From assembly GCA_020184695.1 (NCBI GenBank), contig JAANOX010000032.1:248001-312000 (forward strand): a stretch of DNA of 64,000 nucleotides. Reading direction: 5' to 3'. Numbering within the stretch: the stretch's first letter is position 1; each line of letters opens with the position of its first letter. The position numbers and the translations under genes were made by a program. This document shows positions 9,908-21,582 of the stretch, in pieces. The notes below the pieces were generated by a model, which was given only the letters and a program-made list of their open reading frames with translations, was not told the DNA's origin and ran no database searches. Source of the stretch: Histomonas meleagridis 2922-C6/04-290x (Eukaryota > Protista > Parabasalia).

Positions 9908-12196
9908 ATGATGCTATTATGTTTTTTAAAAATCGCTTTAAGTTCTGAAGTATTACAAATTCAAGCAGATGTAAATTTATCTTATTCATCTGGGCGTGGT
10001 GGAACTTTTATTCAATGGACAAATATTTCAAACATGGATGTTTATTATAAATTGTATCAAAAGCATCTTGATTCTAATGGTGAATGGACAGAATGGGAAC
10101 AAATTAACACCCAACACCAAGAAACAATTAAAGTTCTAAATATTTATCCAAGTCAAACAGATGGTTTTAATGGTCAACCTTCTGCATATGTCAATGTGTA
10201 TAATACGCATTTGGTTGATTTTACATTTGGAGAAGATAATTCAGTTCACACTTTACCAAAGTCAGCGTCATTAAAAGTATGGATGGAAGGAGGAACATTA
10301 ACAGATAATCAGGATACTAAGCGTTATAGTGCAATCGGCGTTGATCCAAACACAGGTGAACAAATGATTTTTGTTACTCCCATTTCAATTAATGATTTTG
10401 AATCCGATATCAAATCAAATCCTAATTTCATATATGATTTTGATATTATCTTTTTTGGGTCATGGGATGCTAGTTGTGGCTATGGTATTAAAACTGAAAC
10501 AGTGGAAAACAATATTCGAGAATATATTAACAGAGGATATGGCTTCATTGCTGGACATGATTCTATTTCTTATGATTTCTGGCATAAGTCTACATTAATT
10601 CCATTAAGTTTACTTGCAATTAGAGATCTTTTTGGAATCAGAACATCTGGTGCTGATGATGTATACACAAATCCTGATGGAATAAAAGGAAATCCTGTGT
10701 ATAAACGAATTGATTCTACTCAAGTGACAATTCAGCGAAATGGTCTCTTAACTAATTATCCATATGAAATTGGTAATTCTAACGAAGTATTAAATGTATC
10801 TGCATCACACACAAACTATCATGCCTCAACAGGCGATGTTTGGATGTCATTTGGTAACACAGGATTAGAAATTGATAAATTTGGACTTCAACATAATTTT
10901 TATCTTACAACATATGGTAACACAGCAATGATTCAAACAGGTCATAGTAGTGGAGAAGCAACAATTTCAGAAATGCAAATTATTGCTAATACGATTTATT
11001 ATTTAAAGAAACAGAAATATAATAATTTTGTTGAAGATTATACATCACAAGATAAAGAACCACCAATTATCGATAATATCATTCTTGATGTTGTTAGTGA
11101 AACCCTGAATATTGTGTCCAGAGACATTGGTTCAAAATATAAATACCAAGTTGTTGGATGTCAACGATCAAATGATTCAGAAAACATTACATCGAATGAA
11201 GTTGAAGTGAACGTTTTAACAGGAATTAAACATTATATTTATACATTTTCAACAAATTTGGAAGCTACAATTGATGAATTAACAGAAACGACGACATCAA
11301 CATCTATTCCAGCCATACCTGGAACAATTTTTCATATATCAGCAGTTGACTATGCAGGAAACATTGGAGAAATTAAAACAATAAATATTCCAGATAGACC
11401 AAACCCTCCAATAATATCAGATTCTTATTCAAATACGGAAGAACAAACTTTATATTCTGAAACGAAAACATTAACATATACAGAAACACAAACATATTCT
11501 CCAACATTAACATATACAGAAACTCAAACATATTCTCCAACAGAAACATATACAGAAACAAAAACATATTCTCCAACAGAAACATATACAGAAACAAAAA
11601 CATATTCTGAATCCCAAATTCCTAATACTGAAACAGAATTAGATCCTTGCACATCCTCCATATCATATATAACAACATTACCGCAAACGCAATTGCCAAT
11701 TCTCTCAAACATTACATATTCTCATTCTTTTGTTGTAATTCAATCCATATCATTTTATGAATCGTTAACCTTTAATTCATATTTGTCATATACTCAATTT
11801 GTTTCTAATTTTGGATCTTCATTAACATATATTCATACTGAATTTATATATTATCATTACACAGTTATTGTTTGTTCTTCATTATTTAGTTATTATTCTG
11901 ATTTCTTTACAATGTTTGAACATAATGAAGGAATAGATGATGATAATAAATTAAACACAACAACTATTTCGATTATTTCAGTTGTTGCTGTTTTAATTAT
12001 TTGTGCTATTATTGTTACAATAGTAATTGTTGTACGTAAATCACAAAATATATCGATTGCAGAAGAGACAGCTGATGATATTGAATATAATATGGCCGAA
12101 ACAAACCAAAACTTTGCTCAGATAAATACATCAAATGTTGAAGAAGATCCATTTGCACAAGATTTCAAAGAAAATGATTCATTTATCAATTTATAA
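9908..12196 (+). CDS. Type I membrane surface protein: signal peptide, bacterial-like (DUF5057-type) ectodomain, Thr-rich stalk, TM helix, acidic tail with DPF motif
   Basis: MMLLCFLKIALS signal; IKVLNIYP, DIIFFGSWD, GYGFIAGHD, NFYLTTYGNTAMIQTGHS, SAVDYAGNIG; TYTETQTYSP repeats; TM IISVVAVLIICAIIVTIVIVV followed by RK; tail EEDPFAQDFKE. Confidence 0.85.
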   Translation: MMLLCFLKIALSSEVLQIQADVNLSYSSGRGGTFIQWTNISNMDVYYKLYQKHLDSNGEWTEWEQINTQHQETIKVLNIYPSQTDGFNGQPSAYVNVYNTHLVDFTFGEDNSVHTLPKSASLKVWMEGGTLTDNQDTKRYSAIGVDPNTGEQMIFVTPISINDFESDIKSNPNFIYDFDIIFFGSWDASCGYGIKTETVENNIREYINRGYGFIAGHDSISYDFWHKSTLIPLSLLAIRDLFGIRTSGADDVYTNPDGIKGNPVYKRIDSTQVTIQRNGLLTNYPYEIGNSNEVLNVSASHTNYHASTGDVWMSFGNTGLEIDKFGLQHNFYLTTYGNTAMIQTGHSSGEATISEMQIIANTIYYLKKQKYNNFVEDYTSQDKEPPIIDNIILDVVSETLNIVSRDIGSKYKYQVVGCQRSNDSENITSNEVEVNVLTGIKHYIYTFSTNLEATIDELTETTTSTSIPAIPGTIFHISAVDYAGNIGEIKTINIPDRPNPPIISDSYSNTEEQTLYSETKTLTYTETQTYSPTLTYTETQTYSPTETYTETKTYSPTETYTETKTYSESQIPNTETELDPCTSSISYITTLPQTQLPILSNITYSHSFVVIQSISFYESLTFNSYLSYTQFVSNFGSSLTYIHTEFIYYHYTVIVCSSLFSYYSDFFTMFEHNEGIDDDNKLNTTTISIISVVAVLIICAIIVTIVIVVRKSQNISIAEETADDIEYNMAETNQNFAQINTSNVEEDPFAQDFKENDSFINL
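11474..11610 (+). repeat. 36-nt coding tandem repeat x ~4 (TYTET[QK]TYSPT[LE]), mucin-like stalk
   Basis: ACATATACAGAAAC(A/T)(C/A)AAACATATTCTCCAACA(TTA/GAA) units read directly. Confidence 0.9.
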
Positions 12197-12545
12197 ATAT
12201 TATTCTTTACGGATTTTTTATCCATAAGTCACACAATATTTAGTATTAATTTTAACTCGGACTTAAATAAAAAATATTTTTCCATAATTTTGCTGTTTGT
12301 TTGATAAAAAAATGTAGTTGTTGATGGCACTCATATCTTCGAATTATGCCATTGATTCAATCCAAGCAATTTTGAGCTCAAAAGTTAGGTGAACAAAAAA
12401 CGTGACTCCGCTTTTATGATGATTTTTCTTGGCGAGGCCTAATGGGATACTCAATATTGAGGTGCCCCAACAGTTTTGGGATTAGCTTTTAAACCTTTTT
12501 CACTTCATTTCATTCTCACCTTCCAAAGATAAACGTAGGCATTCA

Positions 12546-12812
12546 ATGGGTGATAATACTTCAAAAATAGAAAATTCATTATTAAATAATCCAATTGACG
12601 CTGAATGGGTTGAACAAGCTAAAAGAATTAAAAATGAACTTTACACCAATCCATTTAGATATTTTGACTATCAAGATTTGGCGCCTTTAATCAAAAAAAC
12701 AGATGAAGCAATGCATCGCTATAAGGATGGTTGTGGATATATCTATCAAGATTTGGTAGATATACGCAAAGCGTTTGATAATGCCCGCACAATACAAATG
12801 AGAGATTCTTAA
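12546..12812 (+). CDS. Small hypothetical protein, 88 aa
   Basis: ATG-initiated ORF with protein-like composition; TCATTTCATT Inr-like tract upstream; no family recognised. Confidence 0.45.
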   Translation: MGDNTSKIENSLLNNPIDAEWVEQAKRIKNELYTNPFRYFDYQDLAPLIKKTDEAMHRYKDGCGYIYQDLVDIRKAFDNARTIQMRDS

Positions 12813-13561
12813 AGAACAACTTACTAATATATTTTTCATTCCTTTTGATTTGACATAATTTTAAAAATACATACACTTTCTTTCATGTGATTTTGAGATC
12901 CAACTTGAAAAAACTTTTATGTCTAAAAGATTTGTTGTGATAGATTTTGCTAAAAATGAAGCTATGAATCAATGAGAAAGCTTGCTCAAAATGATATATA
13001 TATAATAACTGATGAAATAAGGAAAATCTTGATTTTTTATATAAAAATAAATATTTTAACATCTTCATTATATAACTTGATTGCTTATTTCGAATGAATA
13101 TAAAATTTAAAAGAACCCTCTTCGCAGAAGACCGTTAATGTAAAATGAAAAATTCTGGGGAATTTCTAAGAAACAGTAAAATTTCGTCATCATACTTTTT
13201 TTTCCTTAATCGAAAGAAGAATAATCGATTGTGAATCTTAAACAAAAAATAGTTCACGCATAGGTTGTCTTATTAATTTAATTGTCAAAATTATGCTTAT
13301 TTGGCAGAGAAATTGATCTCTTATCTGACTTGCTAAATGTAGAAACGATCATTTATTGATAAAAAACTCGTCGTTGTAAAAATGCGATAGATATTCAATT
13401 TAATTCAATTAACATGACCAACAGAATATTTTACATACGATTATTTCAACGGTATTTTTATATGAAAAGTAAACATTAAATTCCAGAACTCCAATACTTT
13501 ACTTATTTATTTCAAAAGTTTATATGATCATAGCTTCAAAAAAAAACGTTAGAATTAAAGG

Positions 13562-16500
13562 ATGAATCAGCATACTGTGGCTGCATCCTCACTACATAGT
13601 TCTTCAACAGATGGTCGGCAAATCTCTCTCACGTTTGATTCTCGAACAACAAGCAATGAATCTCGCACTCGAAATATTTTTGAATTAGATATATTTCCTG
13701 TTGTTGCAGAAGCAGGCAGAGCAATTGAAGTTGGGACCGTAGTGCGAATAATAGAATTTGTGTTTATTTTCCTACAAATTTTCTTTTCGGGAATAATAAA
13801 TTTAAAAGACATACCAAATAATGCTTTGGGGGTCTTTTATCAAGTAATTTACATTGGATTTGTTGGGGATTATAATAGGCAACTTCCATTTATTATAGCT
13901 CTTATAATAATTGATATTCTTACAGCCATTCTTTTTGTATCCAAAGTTGTAGGGCATTTCTCAAACCTAAAATTCAGTAATTTACATTTAAGTATTTTGC
14001 GGAATTGGCACGGTCATCTTTTTGGTATATTTATCATTCCAAATATTATTATGATATTTTCAGGGTTTGGTATTTATTCAGAAAACAGCATGATTTATCT
14101 TTTTTGTACCATATTTTCTGTAATTGGTGCCGTATATGCTATTTGGCATGCATATTATCTTTTACCATTATTTTCAAGTTCTTTATATTTACCACACACA
14201 CCAATTATGTTATGGCATCCTAAGGATGTTTTTATTATTGTAATTTTATTTGGTATACCTACAGGATTTTCAGTATTATTCAAACCATTAGATACATATT
14301 ATTTAATTGTCCCCCAAATTATCATCATTGGATTATCAGCATATGCCATTTATCGCTTTTTATATTTTCCATTTAAAGGAATTGCAATGAATGTAATTTC
14401 ATGTGGAGGTTTTACAGCAACTATCATTTCTAGTTTAATATCAATTGTTGAATTATCGATTGGGCGATACTTTTGGTTCAAGATATTCATCTCAATCTTT
14501 GTTTTGATTGCTGGAATTATAATTTTTTATTTTATTTTAAACAACCGCCAAAAAACCGTTGTCAGATCGTTACTATTAACTTCAGTTTCAGATGAAGAAA
14601 CAGTTACAGATGCTGTTAAATGTGACTATTTATTTGGGCTAAATATTGATACACGACTTAAAGGGTTTATGTATTGTCAAATCGGACTTGAAAAGATGTG
14701 TGATCTATTTGTAGATTGGACATTATTCCGAGTATTTGTTGATATCTTTGAAAACAACAACGACGTCTTAGTCTTTATTTATCGATTAGTATCCTTATTT
14801 CCATCTGAAGATCAATTCTTACATTCATTAACCACAACGTTATCTAAAAAGACAACATTGTCAATCGAAAACTCCTCCATTTTTTTCCAAGCGCATCGAA
14901 TTCATGTTTTACGACAGACGTCTACATCACATGAAGCGAGTCGAGATTTCAACAAAATATCCAAACAAAACAACCAAGCCATTACATCATTCTGCAAGTT
15001 TTGGAAGGATATAGCCAATCCGAATTATAAAATCACGATGAATGATTTCATCTCATTAGATAAAATTCGTACTACATCTGAATCTAATTGGAATATTTAC
15101 TTAGAAAAGTATCCAAACAACCCACGTTTCTTTAAAGAATATTGTAAATTCTTGATCGAATGTAAATGTCGATTTAAAGAAGCTGCGAAAGTCTATGAAA
15201 TGGCATCTAAACTTGAAGAAGGTTATAGTGCATCACATGATAAAGTTTTTCAACATTTTGCACGAGCATTTCCATTATATATTAAGAAAGGAATCATTAC
15301 ACCAGATGGTGTCTTACAACATAACAAAAGTATTTATAGAAGTACTCAAATTTCATCATCAGCTACTGAAATGTCAACGAATTCTACAAATAATTCATCA
15401 TTAAGTAATTCTATATCAACAATGACATCGACATTTGAAGATGAAGGATCAGAGATTGATTTAGAATCATTTAGTAAAGTTATACCACAAGCATCATTAC
15501 GAATCGCGTTACAAAAAGCTATTGATGAAACTTCATCAATTGTATTACAACAAATCTTAATATCATCAGTCGTACGATTAATATTAACTATAGCTTATGT
15601 ATTATTTGCTTTTTTATTTTTATCGACATTATTTAATAAGGCTAAAGAAGTATTTAATATTAAATGTCAATTTGAAGATATTGAACATCCATTAAATGTA
15701 ATGGCTATACAATTCCCATGGTTTTTATATGAAGGTATTACTAATGGTGAAATGAATTATGGAAAGATATTAGAAATTGTAGGTAAATATAATGTTGATA
15801 ATATTCATTCATATGTAAATATGAATACTAATTTATCTACAACATTAACAAATATATCGGAAAGAGTATTAATAGCTATTAATTCATTAAGTACAAAACT
15901 TTATGAATTAGAAACTGAAAATTATGAACAATTAAAATATTTCTTAAAGTTATATCAAGAAACACAAATAAATCCAAAGATATGTCAAATAGATCCTAAC
16001 ACTAATAAGTTAAGTATTATTAATGAAGATTCAGAAGCTATAGCATTTGATTATTTGTTACGATTATATTTATTAATGGTGAAAACTTTAACACAAGATG
16101 ATTATGATACACGAAAGAATTGGGGACATTTAAGTGTTGAGTTTTGTGAAACTTATAATACTGGTAGTGATGTATTAAATTTAATTAATTCTGTTTCTAC
16201 ATTATTATCATCTAAATTATCCACCTTTTATAAAGAATATTATTATGCACAATATGAATCAATATTAACTAATAATTCGACAATAATTATTACGAGTCAA
16301 TTATCATCATTTAATATTCCATATCGATTTTTATTATCATTTTCACCATGTTTTATATTATTTTGTGTAATACCATCCATAGTATTTTCATCGATAGGTA
16401 TAGAGTTTGAATGTAATTCTATTGTACAATTATTAAAATCATTACCACGAAATGAATGTTTAAAAGCTAGTGAATATATACAATCGAGTACATTTCTAAC

Positions 16501-18466
16501 AGAAACTAAAGACAAAAGTAATAACATTGCATTAGATGCTAATGGTAATAATATGCCAAGTTGGACCTTAAATTTTATTACTTCGATTATAATGATCATT
16601 TTATTAATTATAGGAATTATTTATTCGAATTCAATTAAGAATAAATTAGAAAATATTTTGGAATATTATGTATTATATTCATCAATTAGAAATAATGTAT
16701 TTACTACTTCAAGACATTTAGAATATTATATGATACTTAAAGAAGCTAAAGATAATTTCTCTATAGACTTCTTAACTTATGAAGATGACTTAAAACTTGT
16801 CGTTAATGGTTTAGAACAATTTAATAATTTAACATTATTATTAAATTTGGGTTATGATGATTTACCTACATCAGTTGGATTTGATGATGAATTAGATAAC
16901 TTACGATTTAATTCGATATGTGACATTACTAATGAAAATGTATATCAATCAGAGTTTTATCAATGTTTACCATTTGAAAATTCCATTTCGTATTTAATGA
17001 GTTTAATTCATACTGAAATATATTCTACAGATTTAACATTAAATATTGTTGAATCTAAATTACCGATTATATTACATTTATTAAACACACGAATTTCAGA
17101 TGGATTTGAAAATGCATTAACACGATTAGAAACTTTATATAATAATACAATTTCACAATTTCATATTATTATAATAGTATTAATTATAATATCAATACTA
17201 TTATCAATTATATCATTCATTATCGAAATTATAGTTATATGGAGAATTAGTAAACTTTATGAAACATTTAAATCAATAATTACTCGAATTGATCCAATAT
17301 CATTTGTATCATATCCTCAACTTGTCTCATTTATATATGGGAAATCACAAAATAAATCAAAACAAATAATTAGTGCTTCTCATGCTATCTTTCAAACATC
17401 ACATAACGCTATAATATCATTAAATAGTGAAGGAATTATCGAATCATTAAATCCTGCAACTTCTGTAATATTTGGATATACACCAGAACAAATGTTAGGA
17501 CAAAACTTAAAAATTTTGTTATCTTCTGAAACAAAAGAAAATAATCATTTGTTTTATACAATGGATTTAATGAAAAGTGGTCAATGTGGTTTAACTTATG
17601 AAGCAAATGTTATTGGTACTAAAGATGACCAAACAGAAATCCCTTTAAAGATTACATTGTTAGGATTTACATCAAATAATAATTTGAAAGTTGCAAATTC
17701 ATTTGGCTTAATGTGTCAAGATCAAACACAAGAAGTTAAACAAAAACAACTTGTAGAAGAAGCTAAAAAGAATAGTGATAACTTATTATTACAAATATTA
17801 CCAAAAGATATTATTACAAGATTAAATAGAGGTGATAAAGATATATCATTCACTGTACAATCTTCAACGATAATATTCATCGATATCGAAAAGTTTTCGG
17901 AGTATTCAAAATCGTTATCGGCGTCACAAATTATGAAGAATTTGGGAATGATATTCACTGCTTATGATACATTGATTAAGAAGTATGACTTGATATTGAA
18001 AATTAAATTGATTGGCGATGATTATATGGCTGCAGCTGGTTTGTTTAACCCTGAATCGCAACCTTCACAACATGCATTACAAGTAGTTAAATTTGCTTTG
18101 GATTGTTTAAATGTTATAGAAGAATTAAATGATCAATTAGATGCAAACTTACAAGTCAGAGTTGGAATTAATACAGGGGGGCCGTTAATCGCAGGGGTAT
18201 TGGGTACCGACAAACCGTTATTTGACATTATCGGTGACCCAATTAACGTAGCAGCAAGATTACAAAGTACAGACATACCAGGCTTAGTACAAATATCTCA
18301 AGGCACTTATGACTTGGTATGTAATGAGGATTTGGATATCGAACAAAGAGGTAAAATAGAATTAAAAGGTAAAGGATTACAAATGACTTATTTGGTACAT
18401 CCAAGAGAAAGATTCCAAAAGATGTCATTCGATGACTCAACTTCAAATTCAATTTCCCAGAATTAG
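13562..18466 (+). CDS. Transmembrane class III adenylate cyclase with PAS domain (trichomonad TMAC family)
   Basis: Multiple TM blocks; PAS (AIISLNSEGIIESLNPATSVIFGYTPEQMLGQNL); catalytic IIFIDIEKFS, KIKLIGDDYMAAAGL, RVGINTGG, FDIIGDPINVAARLQST. The ATP-specifying Lys and Asp are present. Confidence 0.93.
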   Translation: MNQHTVAASSLHSSSTDGRQISLTFDSRTTSNESRTRNIFELDIFPVVAEAGRAIEVGTVVRIIEFVFIFLQIFFSGIINLKDIPNNALGVFYQVIYIGFVGDYNRQLPFIIALIIIDILTAILFVSKVVGHFSNLKFSNLHLSILRNWHGHLFGIFIIPNIIMIFSGFGIYSENSMIYLFCTIFSVIGAVYAIWHAYYLLPLFSSSLYLPHTPIMLWHPKDVFIIVILFGIPTGFSVLFKPLDTYYLIVPQIIIIGLSAYAIYRFLYFPFKGIAMNVISCGGFTATIISSLISIVELSIGRYFWFKIFISIFVLIAGIIIFYFILNNRQKTVVRSLLLTSVSDEETVTDAVKCDYLFGLNIDTRLKGFMYCQIGLEKMCDLFVDWTLFRVFVDIFENNNDVLVFIYRLVSLFPSEDQFLHSLTTTLSKKTTLSIENSSIFFQAHRIHVLRQTSTSHEASRDFNKISKQNNQAITSFCKFWKDIANPNYKITMNDFISLDKIRTTSESNWNIYLEKYPNNPRFFKEYCKFLIECKCRFKEAAKVYEMASKLEEGYSASHDKVFQHFARAFPLYIKKGIITPDGVLQHNKSIYRSTQISSSATEMSTNSTNNSSLSNSISTMTSTFEDEGSEIDLESFSKVIPQASLRIALQKAIDETSSIVLQQILISSVVRLILTIAYVLFAFLFLSTLFNKAKEVFNIKCQFEDIEHPLNVMAIQFPWFLYEGITNGEMNYGKILEIVGKYNVDNIHSYVNMNTNLSTTLTNISERVLIAINSLSTKLYELETENYEQLKYFLKLYQETQINPKICQIDPNTNKLSIINEDSEAIAFDYLLRLYLLMVKTLTQDDYDTRKNWGHLSVEFCETYNTGSDVLNLINSVSTLLSSKLSTFYKEYYYAQYESILTNNSTIIITSQLSSFNIPYRFLLSFSPCFILFCVIPSIVFSSIGIEFECNSIVQLLKSLPRNECLKASEYIQSSTFLTETKDKSNNIALDANGNNMPSWTLNFITSIIMIILLIIGIIYSNSIKNKLENILEYYVLYSSIRNNVFTTSRHLEYYMILKEAKDNFSIDFLTYEDDLKLVVNGLEQFNNLTLLLNLGYDDLPTSVGFDDELDNLRFNSICDITNENVYQSEFYQCLPFENSISYLMSLIHTEIYSTDLTLNIVESKLPIILHLLNTRISDGFENALTRLETLYNNTISQFHIIIIVLIIISILLSIISFIIEIIVIWRISKLYETFKSIITRIDPISFVSYPQLVSFIYGKSQNKSKQIISASHAIFQTSHNAIISLNSEGIIESLNPATSVIFGYTPEQMLGQNLKILLSSETKENNHLFYTMDLMKSGQCGLTYEANVIGTKDDQTEIPLKITLLGFTSNNNLKVANSFGLMCQDQTQEVKQKQLVEEAKKNSDNLLLQILPKDIITRLNRGDKDISFTVQSSTIIFIDIEKFSEYSKSLSASQIMKNLGMIFTAYDTLIKKYDLILKIKLIGDDYMAAAGLFNPESQPSQHALQVVKFALDCLNVIEELNDQLDANLQVRVGINTGGPLIAGVLGTDKPLFDIIGDPINVAARLQSTDIPGLVQISQGTYDLVCNEDLDIEQRGKIELKGKGLQMTYLVHPRERFQKMSFDDSTSNSISQN

Positions 18467-18692
18467 GACCGTGTAAAGTATTCAAATAAATTGTTTACAA
18501 AAATATTTTTCTCAATTTTTGAACGATGTAAAATTTTTTGTTAATGGAAAAGTGATGTTGCTGAAATTAACGGTCGATATATCATCACTTTTTGCATAGT
18601 TTACACATACTCAACAAAATATTTAACGATTAAAATTTATCTAAAAAGTCGATGGGTCAATATATTTTTGATCTTTTTCAATACTTTATTTA

Positions 18693-20514
18693 ATGTCACT
18701 TTTGAACATGTTCAAAAAACTCTATCGTCTTTTTATCGTCGGCCCGTTACCGGCTGGTTTGATGTTTAATGACGCTATATATATGAATTTATTAAAATAT
18801 TTCTCTTATGGATTTATATGTAGTAATACAAAACCACTCTTTTTTGGTGCACCAATTAATTCCATTAGATTTACACAATTTAGACCTAAAAGCACTATTG
18901 GTATTGTCTCTAGCCCCAAAGGATATTTTGTTGATTTTCTTCAGATTGAAGCTTTAACTGATTTTTGGTTAATGTTTATAATCACACAATTAGAACAATC
19001 ATTACCATTCATAGAGCCACCATTCCCAGACTTAAGGTTCCAAATATCATTTGCACACGACCCAGTTGTTGGTTCCTTGTTCTGCTCGAACGTTAAGGCC
19101 GGCGACAACAAATGGATAATTTCAATGCCCTTCTCAAAATTCACACAGAAAATTGTCAAAATATTTAAACGGTGCTCAAAGTTACAAACTTTAATACCAC
19201 TTGATGCACCATTACCTGAGATTAATGAATGTCTAAAGTCAGAAAATTCAGTTAAGTTCCTCAATAGGGAATACACTTATCTTAATATTACACAAGCTTC
19301 AAAACCCCCATCTTATGATGACTTCAATGTATTACAATGTGAATATATGCATTCAGCTTGTATGGAATTGGCTTATACACGAAACCAAAATGACCAGTTT
19401 AAATTCTTTAAGATTTTAGGAATAACTGATTTCAATCGATCATTTGTTAACCATTCATTATCATTATTCCAATATCAAGCAAAAAATTTCCCATCAATGA
19501 TATCAGCATGTAGAATTCAAGCATCACCACTTTTACATTTTGCTTCATTATTTTTCGATGATTTGGAAATGCTTAAAATGGTAACAGATAACTTTGATAT
19601 CAATGATACTGATGATGATCATCGAACTGCTCTTTTCTATGCATCAGAAATCCATCTTTATGTGTCATCCAAAATCTTTTTGAACATAAAATCGATGCTG
19701 ATAAAGGTGATTATACATCTGAAACCCCACTAATTTCATCATTTGAAAATGGGTATTCTGATATTTCTGAGTTTCTTATTCAACAAGGCGCTTCCATCAA
19801 CAGAACACATTTGGAGTTTCACGAACCGTCGCTTTTTCTATGCATTACAAAAACCGCAAAAAGTAAAACATTCAAAAAGCTTCTCAAGCATTGCAAAACT
19901 TCGGATCTAAATTGCCCCTAATTCTAAGGGGCAATTCCTCACACACGTATGTATTGAAACTCGTCAATGTAAGCCACTGTTTCTTTTTATCAGCTGCTTG
20001 TGCAGATATTGATCCCAATAATTATACTGATAAATATCAACATCCACTTCATTATTTCCTTGACTGCAAGTTAACTAAGGAAGTGAAACTTTTTAGGGCT
20101 CTTCTTTCTCTTCCGAATCTCGATCTTAATGTTTATGATCGACATGGCCAAACTCCATTATGTCGATGTATCTCAATGAAAGCCGCAAAACTTCTCCCAC
20201 TTCTTGTTTCTGACCCACGTTGTGACTTAGACATGCAAAATTCGAAAGGAATTTCGCCACTATCAATTGCTGTCAAGAAAAAGAGCCTTAAAGCAGTCAC
20301 ATGTCTTCTGAAAGGCGGTGCACTTGCGAACGCGCCAAATGATGACAAAATGCACGAGACGCCTTTGATGATTGCGGTTAAGCAAAAGAACAAATCCATC
20401 GTTTCGAAGCTAATTGAGTTCGGAGCTGACCCACAGAGGTGGTACAACGCTGAAGGAATGATGCCCGCGGACGCAGCTGACGAAGAGATAGAAAAATTAC
20501 TGAAAAGTGAATAA
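18693..20514 (+). CDS. Ankyrin-repeat protein (~606 aa) split by three 1-nt homopolymer frameshifts (assembly error or pseudogene)
   Basis: ORF 18693-19733 ends in DDDHRTALFYAS. Adding one A at 19648-50 continues as ENPSLCVIQNLFEHKIDADKGDYTSETPLISS. Removing one C at 19915-18 and one T at 19984-88 joins ORF 19891-20514 (DRHGQTPLCRC, NSKGISPLSIAV, HETPLMIAV). Corrected length 1821 nt is divisible by 3. Confidence 0.72.
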
Positions 20515-21004
20515 ATGTGTATTAATAAAAACTTTTTGGATTTAAATATGCTGTCGATTTTGGTGTTCAATATTAATAATTAATAAGAGAGAACAAAAAT
20601 GATGTCAAAAAACATTATTTCAATAAGAAATAGAATAAAAATGGTTTCAATGGTAATATTTGAGTTTAGATATGAAAATTAATATTGTAATTCGTGAAGA
20701 AATTACACACTTAATAATTGCTTAAATTTTTAATTTGATTAACAGAAAAAAACTTTATCATGTGAGACTTCCTGCACATGTATCATTTCTATTTTATATA
20801 ATGGTATAACTCATAATATTATTTAAATCAAATCATTTACAACTCAGATAAATAATATTTGTTGTTATAATATAAAAACTCACTAATTAAATGTATGACT
20901 TCAACATAAAAAAGTAATATTTAAGGAAGTGAGTGTTTTTATTTATACCCCTTAAGCAAATCGACGATATCATTTTCATTAGCCTTTGCAATCAGAAGAG
21001 GTGT

Positions 21005-21084
21005 AAAAAATTAATTACATAAATTTCAAATATTTAAATAAAATATCAAATTATTTAATAAAATTTTAACCAATACATATGAAT
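21005..21084 (-). other. 80-nt intervening spacer M4 between ankyrin blocks
   Basis: ATTCATATGTATTGG...AATAATTTGATATTT...TTTGAAATTT...; GT at +9; in-frame stop; no AG acceptor. Confidence 0.75.
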
Positions 21085-21174
21085 ATTTTTAGTGTTTATA
21101 TTGATATTTTTATTAGTTAGAAGTAATACAACCAAATCATCATTATCACTTATATTTGCTATAATATGTGGTGT

Positions 21175-21250
21175 ATCAAATAATTTGAAGAAATTCCAAA
21201 TTTCATCATGAAACATCAAATTTTTTTTTATATAAAATAAACAGAAATAT
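21175..21250 (-). other. 76-nt intervening spacer M3
   Basis: ATATTTCTGTTT...TTTGGAATTTCTTCAAATTATTTGAT; GT at +9; GG at -23/-22. Confidence 0.75.
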
Positions 21251-21340
21251 ATTTTTAGCATTAACATCAATTTTCTTATGTTTAACAAGTAATTCAACAA
21301 TTACTGAATTGTCTTCTTCAGCTGCAAGATGGAGAGCAAT

Positions 21341-21420
21341 ATCAAATTATTTAAATAATTTCCAATTCTTTAATAAAAATATCAAATTATTCAATAAAAT
21401 AATAAATCTCATAAATTAAT
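21341..21420 (-). other. 80-nt intervening spacer M2
   Basis: ATTAATTTATGAG...AATAATTTGATATTT...TTGGAAATTATTTAAATAATTTGAT; AT instead of GT at +9; GG at -23/-22. Confidence 0.75.
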
Positions 21421-21510
21421 ATTTTTTGCATTAACATTAATTCCTTCAAATTTAAAAAGTGATATAACAACACCTACATTATCCTTGAAAGATGCATGTA
21501 AAAGTGCTGT

Positions 21511-21582
21511 ATCAAATAATTTTTAAATGTTTAATGAAAATATTAAATTAATTAATTAATAAAACATTAAATGAAACAAAAG
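21511..21582 (-). other. 72-nt intervening spacer M1 (degenerate)
   Basis: CTTTTGTTTC...AATTATTTGAT; GT at +6 (same codon phase as +9); GG motif lost; in-frame TAA. Confidence 0.65.

Noticed and set aside
12459-12469. GAGG(T/C)GCCCCA motif shared with 35611-35621 (minus strand), upstream of two small ORFs
   Set aside because: Only two 11-nt occurrences at different distances from the ATG, and a similar string occurs in coding DNA; chance not excluded.
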